Assembly: GCF_009834535.1 (NCBI RefSeq)
Contig: NC_045696.1
Span: 9,240,001-9,304,000, forward strand
Origin: Camelus ferus
Taxonomy: Eukaryota
DNA length: 64,000 nucleotides
Direction of reading: 5' to 3'
Shown: positions 27,631 through 37,981 of the stretch, one piece after another
How the letters are laid out: the number at the start of each line of letters is the position of its first letter
Position numbering within the stretch: position 1 is the stretch's first letter
The notes under the pieces: model-generated
The model's database searches: none
Told to the model about the DNA's origin: nothing
Seen by the model: only the letters and a program-made list of their open reading frames with translations
Made by a program: the position numbers and the translations under genes

Positions 27631-30600
27631 GCACAGGATACTGAGAGGATACGGACAGATAGAAATCACTACGTAGATAATATCTTGAATTTTTTAAGAG
27701 TTAGTTTTGGTTGTGCTATTTTCTCACTTGCTTGGCTTGAAGACACACACACATACATCGAGCAAGGCGAAGGTCAGGATGTTTCCAGTTTTTACTGTCT
27801 ACAAATTATTTGGGGGGTTTGTATTTATACTGTTTTTTTTTAATATAAAGAAATAGTAGGGAGTGTCTGGATGCCATCACATCAAGGTATTAATCGCAGC
27901 AAATAAATTTGCAATCGATAAAGAATGCAGGTTGCCCACCCCCTAACCATGGGGCTAACTGGCAATTGCAAAAACACTATAAAACACAATAATTGCATAA
28001 AACCCACTGTGCCAAATTAGATAATACACAGAGTTCATTTACACTGTGGAAAGCACTGACGTCAGTGATTATTCGCTCTGTGATACCATTTCAAATTTCC
28101 AAAATGCAGCCGTTTCCTTGGTGCCGTGCAGGACACAGCTGTGTATGATAGGGTCACAGTAAGATTCCTTTCTCAAAGTAGAAGCCTTGTTTAACTCAAA
28201 GGAAAAGATAAGGAACACATCTGGGGGAAAGGGCAGGTGGCCAGCGAGGGAAGTGCTCCTTGCCCTGCTGGGACAGCAGAAACGAGCTACCCCGAGCGTT
28301 TTCTTTGTTCGCGTCGGGTTGTGAGATGTGCAAGCATCCTAAATCCTCGAGCGTTTCCAGGCCAGTAGCTCTCTTTTGGGGTCAGCCCATGTGGGGTTCT
28401 CGAAAGGCATGCCCACTCTCTTCCTTGGAGCCCACGGCCCACGCCGCTCCTTCTCATGTTTCTGGGGGAGGTTCTTTTATTTGAGTGGAAACTTTCCAAA
28501 GAAATCCTCCCCAAAAGATACTGTGCACACAGCTGCCAAGTGGCCTAGCTGTAGAGTCGCCCTTTTGTGGACAAACAGAAACCTAAAGCTTGATTTTGGG
28601 GTCTGCCTCTCATCTACGGTCTCATCTTAGGTGTCTTTAAGAAGAGGTCCCATGAAATCATTGGTTTCCTGGTGCTTCGTTATGCATACTTATTCAAAAT
28701 CTGCATATTGATTTTTAAAGATTCCAAACCACAAGTGTGTATGAGAAATTAGATCACATGGCACATTAAGTGAGAGAGCTGGGCTGGTGGGGGGTGGGGG
28801 GGATGACACTTTTCTTCTAAATAGAATAATATTCTCCAGGAGATGGCCGGATCTTGTGTTGAGGGCCATTTAGACTCATTTATGTCATCTTCAGGCCTCC
28901 ATTTGTACCGTTCAAGGGGAGACTTCTGTTTTCTGATTTTCTCATGGCGTAACTGACCATTTACACTACTGGTTGATACAGGGACTTGTCTTTTTCTCCT
29001 GGTATCAGGACCAAACATTTTCAGCATTTTCAAAGGCAGTGGAAAATTCAGCCACACAGGGGCAAGTTGAAATCGTCACCATTAAATCGGCTTGCTTTCA
29101 GTTTTGCTGAGGAGTGAATCAGATCTGATTTCCCTCCTGATCAGATACACTGTCTTTACCAAAAAGAAAACGAGAAAACGGCGGGGTTGGGGTCGGGGGT
29201 AGTATGGAGGTGTTGAATTCTTGTCCTCAGCCGTCAGCAGCTCCCGGGTGGGGGCACTGCTATGGACGGGCATTCCTCAGCTCTTTGGAATACTGTGCGC
29301 TTAGCAAAGTATCAGGTTTAACCCCCTTTCTTGTTCCCTTTAAAAACTTTTTACTTCTCCAACATCTAATTCTAAGTAATAATAACTTGCTTTTAGAGCG
29401 CCCCGGAGGCTTAGCTCTTATTTGAAAGAATGTGTTAACTATTTTGTGGATGTTCTTTCTTTCTGAAATATGATTTGCTGTTCAGGACTTGTAAAATTAT
29501 AGGAACAAGTTTTAAACAATCAGTATCTGGGATATTTTCATGTAAAACTACTTTTCCTTTTTTCTTTCTTTTTTTCCTCAAGAAAATAGTTTTTTACCCT
29601 CGTCATGGTTTGAGTAGACCCTTGGGATTTTTTTCCCTGAAATTAGAAAGTTAACAGGGATAACAGTAAAGTCTCTTTCAGCCAGAACCTTCATTTTGTT
29701 CTTCGCTGGTAGGAAAATGGTTATTTTCCCAGCTTAGCGCCAGAGCTTCTATATTATATTTAAGAAGATGCTTTTATATAAAAATTCAGCACGTGTTTAT
29801 GGCTCTCTTTGAAATGGCAGCAGTAATTGAAAGAAAAATATCCCCAGAGTAGTCAGAGCAGTTTTACAGCGGTGCTGTACGGATGCGTGGATGTTTTCAG
29901 TTCTGCGGGAACTGTCAGCATTTGGGGCCTCGGAGAGATCGCGCGTTGATAGGCTGCTACGCCCTGTCTCGCTAGGACTCCATCGGGAGGGTCATGCCTG
30001 ACCCTTTAACTCTGTCAGTACGAAATCACGATTATAGAATAACCCCTCTATTTATCTAGAATCAGATGTGCTTGAGAATCACTCAAAACAGACATCTCAA
30101 ATGATCTGAAGCAGGGTACAGATGGAAAAGGGGGCCAGGTTGCCATGCCACCGAACCACTGTTTATTTGTTGAGGCTTCAGCTATAAAAGGGCTGAGGTT
30201 AATTTCAACTTCCTATTTTACCAGGTCTTAAAACTGAATAGAAAGCCATTTTGTCATGGCTACACGTTTATGCAAGTCAGGACATCATCATGAACTTCTA
30301 CAGCCGAGTTTCAAAATTCTTGTACACTCATGGAAAAAAAAAAAAAAAAGGACACATGTCCTTTTAAAAGATGGAGCAGGACAGAGTCTAGACAGACAGG
30401 GCGCTGCTGCCCATTAAACCACACCTCCCCTCAGAGGTGGCTTCAGGCAACCCAAACAAGTAATTTTAAGAATTTGACTCCTGATTTACCAAAAATGATG
30501 AACCACATTTAAGCTGCGTAACTCTCTCCTTTCTGGGAAAACGGAGACGGGGTGATATCTGCTGGTGCAGAGAACTGTCAAAACCAGAGAAACTAAGAGG

Positions 30601-32950
30601 CCAAGTCTTGTTCCTGTATGTGTTGCTGTCAACATCGAGGCGTGAGGTTTAACTCTTTAATTGGACCAGTTATGATATTTGGCCCAAGTCAGACCTTTCA
30701 TAGACATTGTATTCTACATACAGTCCTGTGGTCTGGTTTATAGATGGATAACCCAAACCTCAGAAGTGGACAATTGCCCAGCATCTTCAAGACTGGAAGC
30801 AACAAACTTGGACTCAAATGCAGGCTTTTCTGGCTCTAAAGCCAGTGCTGGTGGGTGGCAGGTTTTCCAGGGCTCCCGCTCTTGGGTCAGGGATCTGTTA
30901 GCCACAGGGCTGACCCAGCTTCAAGAAGGATCCCACTCGCCAAAGGGGAGACGGACGTAGTGCTGGGCTGGTCACTCACTCAGGGGTCCTGCATTGACTG
31001 TGATCTGTTATCATTAGATGTTGATAATATAATAACTTTCAGGCCAGACTCTGTGGTGGGCACTTGAATAAATTCTCTCCTTTGGAGACATGTACATTTG
31101 TTTTTAAAGCTGAGGAGAAAAGAAAAGTTAACTCAGAATGATGACTCTGTACGCTTGAGTGAAAGAAGGCTGCGTGGGCAGGGAGCGGGCTTCCCAGCCC
31201 CTCTTGTTAATTTTCCTGGGGCAACTGTGCAGCTGTCCTGCAAGTAAGTCTCTTCTGTGGGGTGCACTGGGACCAGAGCCTTCTTAACCTCCAAACCCCG
31301 GAAACATCTGATCAACCTTCAGGAGTGTGGGTGCCTGGCTTTAAGACTTCCATGTAGCCAGAGGGGTCTTGATCTCTTAAGTCATCTGAGTTTTAGTATT
31401 CCAAATGATTTTGTTTGATAGTGATTTATCCTACAAGTTAGTCTGGAAAGGCTGTTTCCCGGAACTATTGTCTGTGTAGCTTTTTGAGGTAATGAATCGA
31501 CTTTGTTTCTCTGCAGTACGAGGTTACTTTATCAGCTGGATTGACAAAAGAAAGAAAAAAAAAAACAACACCTTTTCACTTCTCTGTAGAAGGACAGATA
31601 AATCCCCTTTCCAGCCTTGGGAGTCAAATATGAAAATGCATAGCATCTATTCCTTCCCTTTTCTCTTTCTGTCTCTCTCTCTCTGCTTCCTCTCTCTTCT
31701 AGCAAGTCTAGAAGTTCAGAAACGAAGTGGGGGAGGGGGCTGTTGGATTACCTTGGAGGTAGAGGCTACAGTCAGTCAAACACCAGACATCTCCTCTGTA
31801 AATCTACAAGTGGTCACTTAATGGTTACACAAAGCAAAATACTCAGGGTGCTTTAGAAACCAACTTGTAAGATACGCTGTAAACGTGAAAAGGGAGTGAT
31901 CTGAAAATAACTCTTATCTGGGCGTAGTAGAGTTTGAGAGCCTTTCAAGGTCTACAGTATCAGAATCTGACACAGAAAACAAGCCTGAATCAGGTGTTCC
32001 CATGAATAAATAAAAATAAATGAAGGTAGGAAGGCAGGCAGGCAGGCAGAAAGGGAGGGAGGGAGAGAAGGAAGAAAGTGAAAGCAATAGAATGAAGGCA
32101 GAATGAAGCACTCTCGGGCACTGGGTGTGCGCAGTCTGACCAGCACTAGACTGCCTCCCGCCCCTTCCCACAAACAGGCAGAGAGCCTGCCAGTTAACAG
32201 GGCTGCTGACACTCTCAAGGCAGGAGCTGAGACCTCGGTTACTGTTTTCTGTGTTCTTGGCTGATGAACTATAAATTTAAGGAAAGTCTGAAAAGCTCAC
32301 CCTAATGAATTGCATCACAGACATTTTAAAACTGGGGATAAAGGATGGAGAGAAAGCTAAGTCTTCATTTTTTCCTTTAAAAAAGGGCCCCCAGGTCTTT
32401 GCTTCCTAGTCTACCCGTGGCCTTTGTTGCTTGAGCCTGATGTGGCTGCTCGGTGTCGCTGCTCGGTGTCGCTGCCCGAGCTTCCCACCCGCACTGCCCA
32501 GCTTTACAAGCGGTGCTCAGAGTGGAGGCCCGCCTTACTTTTCCTCCGCGCTCTGTTCAGGGACGGCACAGTCACCAACACAGAACTCCCTTGAACAGCA
32601 CTGCTCGGATGCCTGAGATGTATTTACAAGCACCTCTCAGCTAAGTCCTTAATAAACCAGCCCTTCAAAGGAGCCGCCAACCTGGTGAGCTGTCAGCACT
32701 CTAGTAATCATAAACCACATTTTAGCAGGACTGCATTTTCAGACCAAATGTTTTCATGGATGTCGTTCAAGGTGATCAGACCATGTTTTCCGGAGCATGT
32801 TGTTAATGCCTTGTGGACATCTTTCCTAATTAGATGAATAAAGGTTCATTTCAGGGCTTGATCATAATGATAAAATATTCCTCCTATGAATTGGATAGAT
32901 TCTGAAATGTTCCCTTATTCTTGTAATCTATGGGCCAGCACACATTCACT

Positions 32951-32953
32951 CAC

Positions 32954-32986
<33 letters not shown>
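32951..32986. repeat. (CA)n microsatellite, one interruption
   Basis: cacacacgcacacacaca... run. Confidence 0.95.
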
Positions 32987-32988
<2 letters not shown>

Positions 32989-33169
32989 TGTTTTGTTCAG
33001 AAGAGTTAAGTTTTTAACAAAGCTGAGGTTGGAGCACTTACTTGGTATTGTTGGTGAAACAGCAGGAGGGTTAAGCTGAAAATCTAATGGCTAAGAAAGA
33101 TAGCAGAACCTCCAGGCTAAGAATGAGGGCTCAAAAGACAAACCACACTGGCCCAAAACTGTCCTCCAC

Positions 33170-33330
33170 TGTGTATTACTATAGGACATTTTGGCAAGTG
33201 ACTTAACCTCTTAAAGCCTCAGTTTCCCCATCTGCAAAATAGGAAAAATAATTCTACTTGAAGATCCTAGAACCATCGTGCAATGTGAGGCTGTGGGCGT
33301 TAGAGTGGGTAACACTGAGTAACTGTTGGT
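33170..33330 (+). mobile_element. MIR SINE
   Basis: ggcaagtgacttaacctct...gcctcagtttccccatctgcaaaatagga. Confidence 0.8.
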
Positions 33331-33357
33331 AGCGAAGATCGGCAGCACCAAACCAAG

Positions 33358-33801
33358 CGTATGAGTGTCCTGTGGCTGCTGTAACAAATTAGCACAAACC
33401 TGCTGGCATAAAACCACAGAAATTTATTCCTTCACAGTTCTTGAGGCAAGGAACCAAAATCAACACGCCACTCTCCCTCCCAAGATCCTAGGGAAGGGTC
33501 CCTTCTTGCCTCTTCCAACCTTTGGTGGCTCCTAGTCTCCCTTGGCTTGGGGCTGCATCACTCCTATCTCTGCTCCATCTTCAAGTGGCCTCCTTCTCTG
33601 TGTCACCTCCTCCTCTGGCCCTTATAACGACACTCGTCATTGGATTTAAGCCCCACTCAGATAACCTAGGGTGACATTATCTCAAGACCCTTCACTTAAT
33701 CGCACCTGCAAAAACCCTTTTTCCAAATCAGGTCGCGTTCACAGTTCCACGGATGGAACATGGACGTTACCTTTTGGAGGGCCACCATTACACCCTTTAC
33801 A
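33358..33801 (-). mobile_element. MLT1 (ERVL-MaLR) solo LTR
   Basis: Reverse complement of an MLT1 LTR: ggctgctgtaacaaattagcacaaac...aaatttatt...cacagttct...cttataacgacactcgtcattggattta...cacctgcaaaaacccttt. Confidence 0.88.
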
Positions 33802-36800
33802 CCCAGGTTGAAAGGACAGGGGGCATCTGCTGAGTCCAGAGGTAACTTTCCGTTGTCCATTTCCCCAGAACAGATATGATGGGCAGGTAGATATGAACTC
33901 TGTGTCTTATGCCTGAAAACCTGAATCACAACTTCCAGCTACTATCATTTCAGGCTGTCATTTGCTGGAACTCAGTCTCATGGTACTTTCATTTCACAGC
34001 CAGGAGGATGTATGATTTTTTTTCTAGATGAGATCAGATATTTCTCAGTGTTTTCTGGAGCACCTATGCCGATGGAACCCAGGGCCCAAAAGTGATAGAG
34101 AAAGGGGGTCTTCCCTGTGTCACGGGAGAGAGAAAGAGCAGGAGAGAGGAGGCCTGGGTGCCTCCTGCCCTGGCCCCCAAAAGCTCATGCCATCATGGCT
34201 GGGAGTCTGCATAGGACAGAAGATGACACGGAGACCACAGCCAGCCAGTTGGGATGGACTCAAGAATGTGACCGCCTGGAACTCGGCAGAGCACTGTTGT
34301 TTTGAGCAAGCTGCCTTTTTTAAATGGCTTTATTGCGAGGCCCTGTTGACCAGAAACCCATTGCGAAAGGCTAGTCGCTTTGCACCTCTCATAATCCCCA
34401 ATTTACAGATCACCCAAAGGTAGCCTCTCACATTCGGATATTTGAAAAAGAGACTTGACTGCGGCCATAAAGTAGTATCAAAGTTTACCAATGTCTGTAC
34501 CAAAAGCGGAGCAAACAATAGACTGTGATACGGGAAAAAAAAGGTTCTGATGAGACAGCTCCTCGTAGGGTTTTTCTTGTCAGTCGTCGTTCTCCAGACC
34601 GAGCTGGGGTTCCTCATTTGCATTGTTTTTCCTCATATCATGGAACAGAAATGCAGGCCTGCGGTAATTTAGTTATTTTAGTGCTCTTTAAAATTCAACG
34701 TGTATGATTTAAATAATGCTGGGGAACTGTAATTACTTCTGCCTTTCCCTGCTTCCCTCTGGCCGGCAAAGCACCAGAACCCTACTTTTAAGGGAAAATG
34801 TACAAAGGCAGGAGGTTTTCTGGCCCCAACTGTCAAGAGCCATGTCAGTGTATATTTGTATCCTGTTTTCACATTTTACTTGCAAAGCCTTAGCCCCGCT
34901 TGAGCTTTCTTATTATTGAACAATTGCCTTCAGAGGGGCAGAACAGCCCAATTGTTATGGAGATTAAAGATCTGGATTGCAAAACTCCTGTAAATAAAAT
35001 CTTCACTGACAAACCCAGTTTCTGCCCATAGACTTTTCTTCCATAATCTCTTTCTGGCAGAACATTTTATGTTTTGATACTGGAGATTCAGTTACCAGCC
35101 ACCGTAAATAAAACAAAATAATAATAAGAAAAAAATAGTAGAGAACTCACCCTAAAAACAAACATTGGCCAATCATGTTTATTTGCTGTTTCTTTGGGCA
35201 CTCCTGGTGATTGATAGGGGGAAAAAAGGGAATGTATCACTTCTAACCCAGTTGAGTTTTGATTATCAGGCCATGGGAAGTCTTCAGATTGAGTGTTAGC
35301 TACTTTAGGCTCCCCCAGATGGCATGGAATATACCGCTTACTGTTTCAAAGAGAGAAGCATTTTTCAAGGGAAATCAGAACCACATCACCAAGCCCCTGA
35401 GTCGTGGGTAGAAAAGACAATCGTTTCCCCCAGACAAGGCTCAGGTGCCACACTCCTGGGGCCCCTGATGATCTCACACCACCCAACAGTCAAGCATAGG
35501 GTGTAGAACATTCAAAGTATCATTTCAAGATTTTGAAAAGCATCTTCCAACTGTAATCAGTAGCAAGAGTTAACTGTTTGTTTTGTAAAGGCGATTCTCC
35601 TTCTTCAGATGGAACCCCCCTTCCCTGCCACCCTGCTTTCCCACCTGGAGGGAATGTGGACAAAAGGGAGGAGGCAGCGGTGGGACACTCTGACCCAAGC
35701 ATCTTGTCGCTTAACAGCTCATGAAACATGAGCTTTCAGACACACGCTGTCACGGACTGAAATAGTACTTGTTTCTGCACACCATCTTGGTCCTTCCACT
35801 GAAGGACCTCCATAAGTCAATGTCATCAGGTCTGGTTAATAAGATTTGAGCCACTGCAGTGGTGAGCTCAGCTCTTCTGGGAGCACAAAGGAGGATACAC
35901 TATGGTCCTTCAGCTGAAGCATTTGGGTGTGACCACACACGTGTTGTAAAATGCAGAGCATCCCTAGGGAAGGCATGTGAGTCAGGTCTCCAAGGAGCCT
36001 GGGTGAGTCAGCACTGCTCTGGGTGTCAGCAGCTCTCTCAGTCGGGGCAGTGAAGTCTCCCGGATCCATAACTTGCTAGTTCCCGCTGCGGAAGACATCC
36101 TCTTCACCCTACAGCTTTAAGGGCCCCACCTGAGTCATTCCAGGGCCAGCTCAAGACCCAGAGAGCACATGCAGTGCTGACTGCTCCTTGCATCTTTGAA
36201 AGGGCTACACACATACACTTGCTTGGGCAGGGATGGGGGCGGGTTTAAAAGAACAGCTCAGGGTAAAGAGGAAGACATAATCTGACTAGTGACTGCACTT
36301 TTTGGAGTTGTAGGTCATACAAGGAAGCGAACGCAATTGTCTTATTAAGTCTCCTGGGGTTGTTGCACCATTGTGGCCACTCACGCTCCATTAGTGCCTC
36401 TCTCTGTACGTATCAGATGGCAGATTATATAATGATAAAGTTATTGAAATATCTGTAAAAGTCAGCACAAGCTCAAGGGCTTGACTGGGCACTTCTGCCC
36501 GTTAAGTGGTTTATTTAGATCGTTCCTCTCGGGGTCTGTTAATCCTCATCCGTGCCTTGTTGTAAATTGCCCGCTATGTGGAACCACTGTGACTGCCTGA
36601 GTTTTCAGCCGTGCTTCTGGTGGTCTTCCAAAAGGGCTGGTATCTTAGGGGCGAGTGCAGAAGCTTTTGAGAGGTGCAGTTCTTTAGCCCCCAGGTTTGA
36701 AACAGCAGCCTGTGTCAGTGATTGGGTCTGTATCGGGGTTGTTATTGGAACCATCGTCACAGCAGGAGGATGAGGACACTCCTGGGTTGACACATTCACC

Positions 36801-37454
36801 AAAGGCAGTAACAAAATAATTATGGTTCACGTTTCTAGAGTGACTGATATTGGTGGTTCATTTATTCCCCACCACTAGCCACCCATGAGGCGTGGGGCAT
36901 GGTCCTGAGGGTCCCGCCTGCTGTGCCCGCTCAGATGCCGGCAGCCACGTGAGCCCCAGTCCGTCCTCATGTAAGCCATTAACAAGGTGGTCCTGAGTCT
37001 AATAGGCTGTAATTCTGGATAGACAGCATGGCTCTCGGGGATTAAAGTTCTGCCTAACGTTCTCAGGAGGCCAGTAGGGATGTCCCAGAGCCCCCCACTC
37101 TGCTCCCTGATTAAAAGGCTCTTTTTTTTTTTTTTTGGTAATATGTTTGTTGTGTGATCGGGCTTTCTGAGCCACCATATGTTGCTAAATGAGAGAAGTC
37201 ATTGCCCAGACGTGGATCTGTTTAATGTGATTTTTCCACAAATTACAAAGCATGACTTTAAAATTGAATTTGTGCAAAATTACGGATGGCCAATTCAGGT
37301 GGAAGGGAGAGGAAATCTTGTTATTCTTATTCCAGAATCTCTTCCCGATTTCCTCATTTGATTCCTTCACGCCTTGGGGGAGGGCGGTTGGGGGAGATGC
37401 CTCAGAGGATCTATAAGGAATTTCCCTTATTTTTCAAACTTTCTCCCTGTCATT

Positions 37455-37981
37455 TGCGGGAAGCACAACAGTGGCCTGCAGATACCAAAACAGAGTGCCA
37501 GTTCTTCTGTCCATCCATTCTGTCAGTCAGGATAGAGCTGTTCCTCCCACCTTCATCAGAAAGGACTCAGAAAAAACATGGGAGCCCCTAGAATGCACTT
37601 TATGAGAAAAGCAGAATCTAGATCCATAAATTAATGCTAAGATCCACGTGGATGTAGGTAATGGCAATTCAGATCCCGGGCTGGCCACTTCCCAATCATG
37701 TGACCTTGCAAGCATTACTTAAGTCCTCTGTGTCACTGTTCCCCATCTGTAAAATGGGCACAGTGATGGTGGTCCCTAACTCACCAGGGAATCATGAGGA
37801 TTAAATGAGTTAATGCGCCCAAAGCCCTGGATGCCTGGTGTGCCGTCAGCACTGTGTGTATTTACTCTCCTCACCTCACGGCCTCGTCACCAGGACTGAG
37901 ATTTATTGTTGTCAAGTGTTCAGCATAGAGCCCAGTACACTCTAAACACTCAATAAATGGTCAGTGTTATTCTTGGCTATT
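37455..37981 (+). other. RUNX1: Region orthologous to the human RUNX1a alternative terminal exon ('7A'), with altered acceptor
   Basis: Collinear similarity to the recalled human RUNX1a 3' exon: cagttcttctgtccatcc, caggatagagct, agaatgcac-ttatgag, gaggattaaatgagtta and aataaatggtca-tgttattct. AATAAA at 37952-37957. Confidence 0.7.
37665..37865 (+). mobile_element. MIR SINE inside the exon-7A-orthologous region
   Basis: tgtgaccttgcaagc...ttccccatctgtaaaatggg...gaggattaaatgagttaat. Confidence 0.85.
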
